Origin: Pseudovirgaria hyperparasitica
Taxonomy: Eukaryota
Length of the DNA: 64,000 nucleotides
Assembly (NCBI GenBank): GCA_010093815.1
Contig: ML996565.1
Strand: one strand, 5' to 3'
Positions 38,422 to 49,255 of the stretch are shown piece by piece; positions within the stretch are counted from its first letter, which is position 1, and the number at the start of each line of letters is the position of its first letter. The notes beneath the pieces were generated by a model. It saw only the letters and a program-made list of their open reading frames with translations. It searched no databases and was not told the DNA's origin. The position numbers and the translations under genes are program-made.

Positions 38422-38773
38422 CAGCAGGCGTCCAATTGCCCCACTCACTGCGTGTCAGTAGTCAACATCAACGGCAAACACCCCGGAACGTCGCATCGGC
38501 CTAGCATCCCAGCAGAACGTACACGGCGCCCAGCTCGGTACATGCGCGCAATTGTCCCCGAGCACTCCAATCGTGCATACCTGGGTATGCAAGTTGTGTT
38601 GGCTCTTCACGGTATACCTGCCCCTGCGGGTCTATTGATCCGGCAAGAAGCCCGCGCCGGCCTCGAGACTCGAGCGTACTCGAAAGCGCTTGTACAAAAA
38701 GCCACCCTCACACGCATCTCACCAGCCCAGCCAAGAATCTATACCTTACAGACCAACCCCAATCTCCGCAGCC

Positions 38774-41700
38774 ATGTCATCTCAATCCGGCCACTTCCCG
38801 CCCGGTATCCCGGACTGGAACAACCTGAGCGTCCTGCACCGCAACACGCTCCCGCCACGCTCCTACTTCTTCCCCTTCCCAAGCGAGGCCGCAGCGCTCA
38901 GCCGCGAAATAACGCAGTCAGACGCGCTGAGCCTTAGCGGGACATGGAAATTCCACCACGCCCCGAGCCCGTACGAGGCGCCCGCAGGCTTCGAAGCTCC
39001 GGACTTTGACACGGCTGCGTGGAGCGATATCCAGGTGCCGGGTATGTGGCAGCTGCAGGGGTTCGGCAGACCGCACTACACGAATACAAACTACCATTTT
39101 CCGGTCGATCCGCCGAATGTGCCAGTGCAAGGGAACGAGACCGGGTGCTATGTGAGGGGGTTTGAGGTTCCGGAGCGCTGGAGGGGGTATCAGTTGAGGC
39201 TGCGCTTTGAGGGTGTTGATGCGGCGTTTCATGTTTATGTGAATGGCACTGAGGCTGGGTATCATCAGGGATCACGCAACCCTTCGGAGTTTGATGTTTC
39301 TGGGCTTGTGCGGAGCGGTATGAATAGGTTGGCTGTGCGAGTGTATCGCTTCTGTGATGGCTCGTATCTGGAGGATCAGGACCAATGGCGCACTTCGGGC
39401 ATCTTCCGTGATGTCTTTCTGATCGGCTTCACCCAGAACCGCATCGAGGACGTCCACATTCGCACCGACCTGGATGACAAGTACACCGATGCCGAGCTCA
39501 AGGCGTCATTCAGGCTCACCGGTACAGGAAAGCTGACCGTGCGATTTCTCGACTCCAACAAAGCAACTCTAGACTCGCAATCACTCGACGCATCTTCAGA
39601 CACCGAGGTGATTCTCAAAGTATCAAACCCGAAGAAGTGGACCGCCGAAACACCACACCTGTACTACCTTGCCGCCTCCTTCGGTGGCCAAACCCTCACC
39701 CAACAAATCGGCTTCCGCACCACATCCATCCAGAATGGCATCTTTACCGTCAACGGCCGCCGCATTGTCTTCCGCGGCGCAAATCGCCACGAGCACCACC
39801 CTATCCACGGCCGCGCCGTGCCCTATGACTTCATGAAGCAAGACCTCCTGATCATGAAGCGCCACAACCTCAACGCCGTGCGCACATCCCACCAGCCCAG
39901 CGACCCGCGCCTCTACGAGCTCGCCAACGAGCTGGGCCTCTGGGTCATGGACGAAGCTGACCTCGAATGCCACGGCTTCGCATCCGTCGCGGAGAACGCA
40001 TTCACGCCCGAGCAACGCAGCATGAGCTACGAAGCGCGCAAGGAGATCGCACATGCAGAGGCCGCGAAATGGACGTCCGACAATCCGCTGTGGGAGGATA
40101 GCTACGTAGATCGCGCCCGGCAGTTGGTTGTGCGGGACAAGAACCACCCGTGCGTGGTGATGTGGAGTCTGGGCAACGAGGCGTTCTACGGGCGTAACTT
40201 CCAGGCCATGTACGACTTCATCCGCGCATACGATGATACACGGGTCGTGCACTACGAAGGCGATACGCATGCTCAGACGGTTGATGTGTATAGTCAGATG
40301 TATCCCTCTGTGAACAGCATAGTCCGCGATTTCGGGCGCGCGGAGACGTTCGACAAGCCGCTTGTTCTGTGCGAGTTTATTCATGCTATGGGCAATGGAC
40401 CGGGAAATATCAAGGAGTACATCGACGCGTTCTATGCGTATCCGCGCTTGCAGGGCGGGTTTGTATGGGAGTGGGCGAACCACGGGATGGTGACGAAGAA
40501 CGAAGCTGGAGAGGAGTATTATGGCTATGGAGGTGATTTTGGCGAGGACGTACATGATGCGAATTTCGTCATGGATGGCGTGTTGTTCTCAGACCACGCA
40601 CCTGCGCCCGGGCTGGTCGAGTATGCGAAGGCGATTGAGCCGGTGCAGCTTGTAGAGGGGTCGACGGCGGATGATGTGCGGATTCTGAATCGGTATGACT
40701 TCCTGACGCTAGACCATCTGAAGGCGGAGGCGAAGTACAATGTCCACGGAGGAGACATCGTCGCCGGAGAAGTCGAAATTCCGAAGGACATCCGACCCGG
40801 CAAGTCCGCCTCCTTGCACCTCGCGGCGCTCATAACCGCGGCCCCGAAGGACACATTCGCGATCGAAATATCTTTTTTGCACAAATCACAACCATCATGG
40901 TCTCCATTACCCACGCACCGCGTTGCGTGGTTCCAGATCACCCTGTCTCTGCCTACTTTCTCACCTCAACCCTCGTTTTCATCCGCTGGCATTCACATGA
41001 CCCAGATAGGCAGCTCCCTCACCATCACCGCTAGTGCCGACCGCAAATACATATTTTCCCTTGCTACGGGTTTCCTTACGCAAATAACCAAAGATGACAC
41101 GAATGTTCTCGCCACCCCACCCGCACTCACATTCTACCGACCTCTGACCGACAATGACAGGCCGCAGGACGGCTGGCACTGGCTCGATAAACGTGTGCAT
41201 CAACTACGTGCGCGCACGACAGATGTGTCGTGGACAATAACGGATGATGGAGCAGAAGTCGTGGTCAAGAGCCGAGTCGCGCCACCGGTGCTTGCTTGGG
41301 GGTTTGTTGTTGTTACGACGTATAGTATTGTCAATCTAAAGGGCGACGATGAAGCTGGCTTGAAAATCGGAGTAAAAGCCGAGCCACACGGCGAACACCC
41401 TCCTGCCACACTACCCCGTATTGGGCTGTCATTCAGCATATATCCCGAATTCGACAAGACCGAATGGTTCGGCCGTGGCTCGGGTCCCAGTTACCGCGAC
41501 ATGAAACTCTCGCAAGCCATCGGATATCATCAACTTGCGGCGAAGGATCTGTGGGTGCCCTTTGAATATCCCCAGGAATCCGGAAATCGCACCGATGTCT
41601 CATATGTAGACTTCGTATCGAAGGCAACATCTTTGCGTGCGGTCTTTGAAGGCCAGACGGGAGACTTTAGCGCGTGTTACTACCGTGAGAAAGATGTCGA

Positions 41701-41866
41701 CGAGGCGCAGCATCCGTGGGAACTGGAGAGGAAGCGCACGCAGGATTTGAATGTGAGGCTTGATTGGGCGCATCATGGCTTGGGCACAGGGAGTTGTGGG
41801 CCGAAGACATTGGTAGAGTATGCGTTGACATACGGGCCTTTCGAGTACTCTCTGTGGCTGATTTAG
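38774..41866 (+). CDS. Intracellular GH2 beta-galactosidase (LacZ/Lac4/BgaD type), intronless, 1030 aa
   Basis: RFEGVDAAF, GSYLEDQDQWRTSGIFRDV, RGANRHEHHP, NAVRTSH, WSLGNE (acid/base), HYEG, LCEFIHAMGNGPG (nucleophile), GGFVWEW, PQESGNR, GLGTGSCGP; no signal peptide. Confidence 0.93.
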   Translation: MSSQSGHFPPGIPDWNNLSVLHRNTLPPRSYFFPFPSEAAALSREITQSDALSLSGTWKFHHAPSPYEAPAGFEAPDFDTAAWSDIQVPGMWQLQGFGRPHYTNTNYHFPVDPPNVPVQGNETGCYVRGFEVPERWRGYQLRLRFEGVDAAFHVYVNGTEAGYHQGSRNPSEFDVSGLVRSGMNRLAVRVYRFCDGSYLEDQDQWRTSGIFRDVFLIGFTQNRIEDVHIRTDLDDKYTDAELKASFRLTGTGKLTVRFLDSNKATLDSQSLDASSDTEVILKVSNPKKWTAETPHLYYLAASFGGQTLTQQIGFRTTSIQNGIFTVNGRRIVFRGANRHEHHPIHGRAVPYDFMKQDLLIMKRHNLNAVRTSHQPSDPRLYELANELGLWVMDEADLECHGFASVAENAFTPEQRSMSYEARKEIAHAEAAKWTSDNPLWEDSYVDRARQLVVRDKNHPCVVMWSLGNEAFYGRNFQAMYDFIRAYDDTRVVHYEGDTHAQTVDVYSQMYPSVNSIVRDFGRAETFDKPLVLCEFIHAMGNGPGNIKEYIDAFYAYPRLQGGFVWEWANHGMVTKNEAGEEYYGYGGDFGEDVHDANFVMDGVLFSDHAPAPGLVEYAKAIEPVQLVEGSTADDVRILNRYDFLTLDHLKAEAKYNVHGGDIVAGEVEIPKDIRPGKSASLHLAALITAAPKDTFAIEISFLHKSQPSWSPLPTHRVAWFQITLSLPTFSPQPSFSSAGIHMTQIGSSLTITASADRKYIFSLATGFLTQITKDDTNVLATPPALTFYRPLTDNDRPQDGWHWLDKRVHQLRARTTDVSWTITDDGAEVVVKSRVAPPVLAWGFVVVTTYSIVNLKGDDEAGLKIGVKAEPHGEHPPATLPRIGLSFSIYPEFDKTEWFGRGSGPSYRDMKLSQAIGYHQLAAKDLWVPFEYPQESGNRTDVSYVDFVSKATSLRAVFEGQTGDFSACYYREKDVDEAQHPWELERKRTQDLNVRLDWAHHGLGTGSCGPKTLVEYALTYGPFEYSLWLI

Positions 41867-41922
41867 TAACCCGTAGAGTATACTCGTCAGATTATAGGGA
41901 TTGCATTTAGGTCTTGCGGCTA

Positions 41923-44307
41923 TTACGATACCGGATTGGGGGTGCTGATGTTGTGCGATAGTAGGTATTGATCGATCGAGTTCTTGTCGTGTCAGTTCCC
42001 ATACAATACTACCAAGGCCTGCCATACGCACCCAGTCAAGTCGCTCATTCCCATCGAGTCTCAACACATAATCCAGGCTTCCTGCATCAGCAGGCTGGTG
42101 CACACTACAATCAAGCACCGGCATATCACCATCATCACCCTCGTCATGCCTCAGCATATGATCTGTCATTGCCATACTCAGCTCCATCATCGCTGACGGA
42201 CACTGCGTCTCTGCCAACTCCGCATTGATCGTCTGTAAACGCTCGGCAGACAATGAGCCTATGCCAGCGCCTGACCGTGCATTGCCTTCGTTGGACAGTT
42301 TGGTCAGCATTGCGGCGAGGACTTCGGTGGCGCGCTGTGCACCTCGGGTGGCAATCTTGCCGGAGTTGGCGTCAGACTTGGCTCGGTTGTGCCAGATGAA
42401 GTAACTAGAGCGGAGCATGCGGATTTTCTGGCGTAGTTCTTCGATGCTATTTCAACAATGTTAGTGACACTGGAGGGCCTATAGCGGGAAAGTTAGACGT
42501 ACGTTCGCGAGGGGGACATTGATACGTCAAGACATACGACCCTAATTTGATCATCAGCAGGAATATTGGAACGTCTCAGGAGTAGGAAAAGTGCTCACAT
42601 CGCAGCTAGAAGAAAGTCGTGCTGTATTAGGCCTGTCAAGACCCAGTCCTCGCGCTCGAGACGTCCGCCGAGCTGAGATTCATTGTGGTATTCATATTGA
42701 AGCTCTAGCACGCGGAGAGCGGCATTTCGAGCACGACCTTTGTACTCAAGGTATTCGTCTGGTAGACTTAGGAAGTCGCGATGCAGCACACACTTGGCTT
42801 TCAAGTAAAGGAGCTCAAGGAGCAAGCGTTGGACGATCATGAAGGGCTGATCCGTGAAGCTAGATGATTTTATGGGCCTTATTCGAAACCTCTGCGGAAA
42901 ACTCTCATGCACTTGGTCGAGTTCCATGTTTAGTGACTCGACGACCTGTACGAGACGCTCGAGGTCGCTCATGAGGACGACACGGAGAATCTTGCGAAAG
43001 ACAGCAGATATCCTGGCCTTGCATATCATGTATGCGACGTAGGTACAGTCGCTCGAGGAGCGAGATGGCGGTAGGGTAGCACTCAACTCGTCAAAGTCAT
43101 CGTCGTGAAGGTTGGAAGGAGGCTCGGCATCGAATTCGCCTTCGTGGATGACCGGTGGCATGCCGAGCTGGAGAGATGCTAGTAGGTCGAAGACTTCAAT
43201 GAAGTTCCACGTTCTGCGTCGCATCTCCCCCTGGAAAGGACTCAGATTGCTTCCCAACCAGCGGGGATCTCTGTGATAGCCCATGTTCTGTGCGAGACGT
43301 GTGACAAGGCCAAGATTAGTCCATATATCCGAATCCTGGTCAGTGGTAAACCAGTACTTCGAGTACGAGTGAATCAGGAGTGCTTCGACAGCATAGGATT
43401 TCTGCTTGAGATATTGCCCTGACACCAAGTATTTCCACGCCTTATCTGCATAAATAGCTGGTGCAGTCTTGTCCAGTAGGGTAGCAATCGGATCCTTTCT
43501 CGCAAGGGCAACTACAGAACCAAGACACAACATCGAACATAGAAGGCTGATCCATAGATGTGGTGTAGAAGATGGGTTCTCCCAGAACGCGTCGTACTCT
43601 CTGTGAAACTGGTTGGCATGGATAAACGAAACTGTCACAAATCTTGCATTGAAGTATGTCATCAGGAGTGTGTCCACGGTGGGCCGATCCGGGAGTTCGT
43701 CAACGATTCTTGAAGATGCTGGACTTGCGGTAAAGTCGGACGCTGGCTCTTGTATATCAGACAAAGACACAGCAGGAGTGCCTTCACTGAGCCCTCCGTC
43801 ATTCACATCAAGAAAAGCGCGTATCCCCTGAATACTCTCCAACACTGATCTCCAATTTGTAGAGCCTGCGTATCCTATATCGCCTCCGGCACCAGACCCC
43901 TGCTGACCTGCCATTAGATGAGCCTCGGACACTGGTGTTGAGGATATATGAGAGGATCCTGATGAACTAGTGTTGTTCGCATCATCATCTGGAGGTTCCG
44001 AGCGGGGTTGGATGAGCTTGCTGACGATACACTCTAATTCCTGTAGCCTTCTTGCAGCTTCACTTTTGCGGGAGACCGCCCGAGTTGCTTCATGCTTGTC
44101 TCTCGGCGTTGTGGGCGTAAAGCTGCATGATGAATCCATACTCCGTTTCGTGCAGCTATCACAAGGTTGCTTACGATCACATTTCGTTCTCCGAGTGCGA
44201 CAGTTGGAACATGACACCGCAAGCCGGTTCCTTTTGCTGACACGCGTGCGGTCATGATTGGGAACTGCAACACGAAATCTACTAGTCAAATCAGAGAACT
44301 TGGTCAT
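41923..44307 (-). CDS. Zn2Cys6 transcription factor with fungal-specific TF middle domain
   Basis: CSNCRTRRTKCDRKQPCDSC...C zinc cluster; AQNMGYHRDP and GEMRRRTW motifs. The 3' exons are inferred, with the last intron giving ...LDW|NSIDQYLL...PVS* and TAA at 41923-41925. Confidence 0.88.
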
Positions 44308-44684
44308 TGTTGGCAATTCTGAGGTATTCCGAATAGCACTCTGGTTGATGACAAATTAACGAGTGTATTATCGAAGGACAAGACTTGATGGTGGAAGGGA
44401 TCTCGGACGCCTCGAGACTGGCCACTGTCAGGCTGGTTCCTGTTTAGGTTTAGCGGTAGATAAGATGGATTGGTGAGCGGGCGGGCGGCTGTACACGGAA
44501 CGGAACTTTCTCGCTCTGCCTGACACAAATTCATCAGTGTATCAAACCGGTCATCGTCAGATCTATTGAAACTAGTCTCCGACTTGTGAACATACGATCA
44601 AAAGAACTGCTGTCTGAACAGTGGACCGGACGTGCTCGGTCTTTGCCTTGGTTCAATTCATTTTACGCGGTATCAAAGTCCAAG

Positions 44685-45563
44685 ATGAAGCTTTATGCTC
44701 TCGGAGATATACATCTCAGCTACAAGGCCAACATAGAAGCCCTGCAGGAATTAGAGCCGCATCCCGAAGACGCCATGATATTGTGTGGTGATGTAGGCGA
44801 GAGTGCCGAGCATCTCGAGATAGCATTCAAAGCTGCGACACAGAATTTCAAGCTCGTGTTCTGGGTGCCGGGAAATCATGAGTTGTACAGTCTACCATCA
44901 TCGAGCAAACTAAGAGGAGAAGCAAAATACAAAGAATGTGTCTGGATAGCGCGTAAGTATGGCATCCTGACGCCCGAAGACGACTTTTACCGTTGGGACG
45001 GCGAAGGTGGGCCAGCCATCATTTGCCCTATTTTCACCCTGTACGACTACAGCTTTAGACCGGCCCATATTAGCAGAGAGAATGCAGTCAAATGGGCAGA
45101 AGAAGCAGATACTGTGGCTACGGATGAGTTCCTTTTGCATCCAGATCCACATCCGACTCGAGATGCATGGTGCGAAGCTCTTGTGGCCAAGTTCGAAGAC
45201 AAATTAGAAGAAGCTGCAGCAGAAGGCGTTCCTCTGATCATCATCAACCACTGGCCCCTGAGACAAGATCTTGTTTACATTCCTCGAGCGCCGCGATTTA
45301 TAATATGGTGTGGCACCACCAAGACAGAGAATTGGCACACCAGATTCAACGCCAAGGTAGTCGTTTCCGGACATCTTCACGTTCCGAGGACAGACTGGAA
45401 ATCAGGCGTGAGATTCGAAGAGTGCAGTCTCGGGTATCCTCGACAATGGGAGCAGGTCAAAGCAAGCGGTAAAGACGTCAACGACCTGATAAGAGAGATT
45501 CTTCCAGGACCGCCGGTGCCAGAGTATGATTCTGCAGAGCCACAGTGGCGAAGATGGGGTTGA
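44685..45563 (+). CDS. Calcineurin-like metallophosphoesterase, PptH (phosphopantetheinyl hydrolase)-like, intronless, 292 aa
   Basis: Metal motifs GDIH, CGDVGE, VPGNHEL, NHWP, GHLH. Also GGPAIICPIFTLYDYSF, ATDEFLL.PDP.PTRDAWC, WCGTTKT..WHTRFNA and GVRFEECSLGYPRQW, which I recognise from actinobacterial PptH-type proteins. Confidence 0.85.
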   Translation: MKLYALGDIHLSYKANIEALQELEPHPEDAMILCGDVGESAEHLEIAFKAATQNFKLVFWVPGNHELYSLPSSSKLRGEAKYKECVWIARKYGILTPEDDFYRWDGEGGPAIICPIFTLYDYSFRPAHISRENAVKWAEEADTVATDEFLLHPDPHPTRDAWCEALVAKFEDKLEEAAAEGVPLIIINHWPLRQDLVYIPRAPRFIIWCGTTKTENWHTRFNAKVVVSGHLHVPRTDWKSGVRFEECSLGYPRQWEQVKASGKDVNDLIREILPGPPVPEYDSAEPQWRRWG

Positions 45564-46757
45564 AATTGTCAAATGGGCTACTTCGGTCTCGTTTGCATTT
45601 CGGTCTTGAGCTTGATGCTGGGACGACTCAATGGATTGAACGATGAATGGCTCTCTTCGTGCTGCCATCTTCTTAGCGCATTAGTAAAATGAAAGACGGC
45701 TTTACCTGACTCAACACCATGCTACGGCTGGCAGAGGTGTGATTACTGTTATCTGCTTCATTTCATTCTGCGATGACGAGTGTCGAAAGTAGGAAAGTTC
45801 ATGCTAGGATTTGGCACGTTGTAGTATAAGTGTAGCACAGCGAGGCTGGCATGGGGCCGCAGGAGAAGACGTGGGTGGGTGGCCGGGCGACAAGTGCTGA
45901 TTCTGCGGGGTAGCGTGATTCATCCCGTCTGTGTATTGCTATCTATGGACTCCCAACCGTCTTCATTTATCCAACTTCGCAATATCGTTGCCAGTCGTCA
46001 AAGAACGATGCACCTGATGACTTACAATGACGGCGATGCAGTCGAAGAAGGGTGTGTCGAAGCTCGATGGGTGACAAGCGCCGCAGTTCAACATCAGCTG
46101 AGTAGCTACTGGTGGGCACAACAGCAGCTCACAACACCACAATACACTCTCGCCTTGGTCTAGTGACGGCAGCGATCCGCATGTCTCATGCCGCTCCGGG
46201 CTTCATCCATCTTGCGCCTGATGGTACTATGTAGATGGTTGATGGACTGGCCGGTTCATGATGCACGACCGGGTGTTGTACTAGCTGGGTATAGCAGGTC
46301 TTGAAGCTGCATGCACATCACTCATCACCAATTCCCCCCTGAGTCGTCACAAGGTTTTCCTGTTTGGTATCCCGCTGCTGCATAATCCACTTCTCTCCAT
46401 CGAATATGCTCCCGCTACCTGGTAAATGCGGGGCTGCGTGATGCGGTACCCTTGGCTTGCTGTCGCCTGAACGGACTCGCGCCAGATATTATTCCCCGTC
46501 GTAGCATTATATAAACCTGCACAGATGCCTTCGACTGCGAGGACTCAAGGGAAATATTCTGACTCCGGGATTCTCTCTTGTGTAGAGAAAGGTATAGAAT
46601 CCCCACCGGTCTTCGATTTTTTTATGATGGCCAGCTAACGCCTCGAACTCCAGCCCCTGCCAGCCCCTTGTATTGAAGCATACATATACGACGGCTGAAC
46701 AAATAAAACCGAATTCTCCGAGGGAAAAGCACTTCTCCTCAGAGGAGATCCAACATC

Positions 46758-48804
46758 ATGCTTCCGAAGATAGGCGTTTTCGCGCCCTTACTGGCAGCAA
46801 TTGCGTTCGCGAACCCTTTTGGTCATAGTCAGGTATATGTTGCTCCAAGGCAAGTCTGGAATAACGTGAGTGGCTGATCCTATGAAACACCGCGTGCGCG
46901 ACACGCACGTTCTCTAGGTCACATATCGCTGAATTGATCTCAGGCTACGAAGTACGAGGTCAAGACTCCTCCTTTGACCACCAACTGGACATACACGATC
47001 GGGACCGATCCGTGGCAGGAATATCCGCGCCCGCAGCTGGAACGCTCCCAGTGGAAGAGCCTCAATGGGATCTGGAAATACGAAAATGCTTCCAGCCCAG
47101 ACGCCGTAAACTCACCACCGACTGATCTCGACAATGGTAGCGAGGTCATGATTCCGTCGTGCCTCGAGAGCGGGCTGTCTGGTATTCAGAGCAACACTAG
47201 CTTCGCGTCCTGGTTCCTAACCAATTTCGACGTGCCTTCAGACTGGAGCGGTGAGAAGGTATTGCTCAACTTTGGAGCGGTGGACTATGAAGCGACTGTG
47301 TTCATCGATGGCAAGCAAGCTGGCTTTCATCGCGGAGGCTACTTTGCGTTCACGATTGATATCACACCATATCTCAGCAATAACGGTTCCTTTGCTACCC
47401 GACAGAACGGGGCCCATGAACTGTAAGTCGCACTGCCGAAACTCAGAAATATAGGCTGATCATCGCAGGCTTGTATTTGTGCATGATCCCACCGATACTG
47501 CTATCATTCCGGTCGGAAAACAGACTACGTCGCCGTCTCACATCTTTTACACTCCCTGCAGTGGTATCTGGCAGCAGGTCTGGATCGAATCCGCCCCTGC
47601 GACCTGGGTGTCGCGCTTCGATGTTGCAGCTGGCATGGACGGCAAAGTCGACGTAAATGTCATCAGCATCCCCGAGGGAAGCGCTGAAGCCGTCGAGGTC
47701 GAAGTCAAGGACAAGGGCTCCGGCAAAGTCGTGGGCACTGGAAGCGGTACCTCAAACACCCCGTTCTCCTTCACCGTCAGCAGCCCAAACCTATGGTCGC
47801 CCAGCACACCCACACTCTACGACATCACTCTCAAGATGGGCAACGACGAGATTAGCAGCTACACTGGATTTCGTACAATCGAAAAGGGCGAAGTCAACGG
47901 CGTCCAGCGGCCCTTGCTGAACGGCAAATTCGAATTCCTCTTCGCCACCCTCGACCAAGGATACTGGCCCGACGGCATCTACACACCTCCCAACCGCGAA
48001 GCCATGATCTTCGACCTCCAAACCCTCAAAGACCTCGGCTTCAACGCCGTGCGCAAACACATCAAGATCGAAACCGCCCTCTTCTACCAAGCCTGCGACG
48101 CGCTCGGCCTCATGGTCATCCAAGACATGCCCTCCCTCCCCCCAAAAGGCGACTCCTTCCTCCCCAACCCGGACCAGCAATCCGAATGGGAGCGCCAACT
48201 CGTCCTCATGATCAACCAGCAGAAATCCTTCCCCTCCATCGTCACCTGGGTCATTTACAACGAGGGCTGGGGCCAGCTCTACGCCACCACAAACCCCGAA
48301 TTCAACCTCACATCCGTCATCCGCACCCTCGATCCCACCCGCCTCATCGACAGCACCTCCGGCTGGCGCGACCACGGCGCGGGCGACTTCCACGACAACC
48401 ACCACTACGCCGCCCCGCAATGCGGCACGCCCTTCTACTCCATCCTCAGCACGCCCTTCGACCCCTCGCGCATCGGCTTCCAGGGCGAGTTCGGCGGGCT
48501 CGGCCACAACGTCTCCGCTGACCATCTCTGGCTCGTCCCGCAGGCTGTCAACTCCATCAACCAGACGTACGAGATCAGTGCGGACCTGAAGACGTATAAT
48601 TATCGCGCGCATCGCTTGCTGGATGAGCTGCGTGAGCAGACTGAGCTGTTTGCTTGCTCGGGCGCGGTGTATACCCAGACTACGGATGTGGAGGGCGAGG
48701 TTAATGGCTTGTTGACGTATGATCGGCGGGTGCTGAGGCCGGATGTGGAGATGTGGAAGAAGGATATTGGGGCGCTGTATGATGCGGCGGCGGGGCGTGC
48801 GTAG
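46758..48804 (+). CDS. Secreted GH2 glycoside hydrolase, candidate beta-D-galactofuranosidase type, 2 introns
   Basis: Signal peptide MLPKIGVFAPLLAAIAFA; introns 46866-46963 and ~47423-47468. Motifs EYPRPQL, LNFGAVDY, TLDQGYWPDGIYTPP, VRKHIK, YNEGWGQ, QGEFGG, YTQTTDVEGEVNGLLTYDR. Confidence 0.85.
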
Positions 48805-49255
48805 GGGGGGAGGGGCTAGGTGGTATTTGAAAAAACTCGGACACATATTGGCGCTATTGGTTATGCTATTTCTAGTCTTGTCTAATACCTTAATCATTCT
48901 TCCACCTAATTATATATACACACAAACTGCTCATTCCGTCTCACTACCGTGCATGTATCAGCACGTGTACATAAATGCTACGTCGACATCATCTACTAAA
49001 TTAAGCCATAGTAGTATTAAATACGTGGACGTTCTGGATATGTATCCGTGACCGCACAGAGCTAACATCTGTCTGACGTGTGTCATTTGGAATCTAAATC
49101 TTATCTATGGGCTATTGGTTTCGATCATTATGTTCGGAGTCTTGTCGCTCTTGTCCGCAATACCGGTATGATTTCGAAGAAAGGCGCTAAACTTTTAACC
49201 GCGATAAGTACACTATAGTTGTTGCTTTACACAAAATTATGATCATTATCATTAC

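Noticed and set aside
38774..41866. Recent bacterial HGT of the intronless lacZ-like gene
   Set aside because: Lac4/BgaD-type GH2 enzymes are widespread in ascomycetes, and lack of introns alone is not evidence (HOS3 here is intronless too).
41600..41922. Apparent overlap of the TF C-terminus with the beta-galactosidase 3' end
   Set aside because: A final intron gives a stop at 41923-41925, so the CDSs need not overlap.
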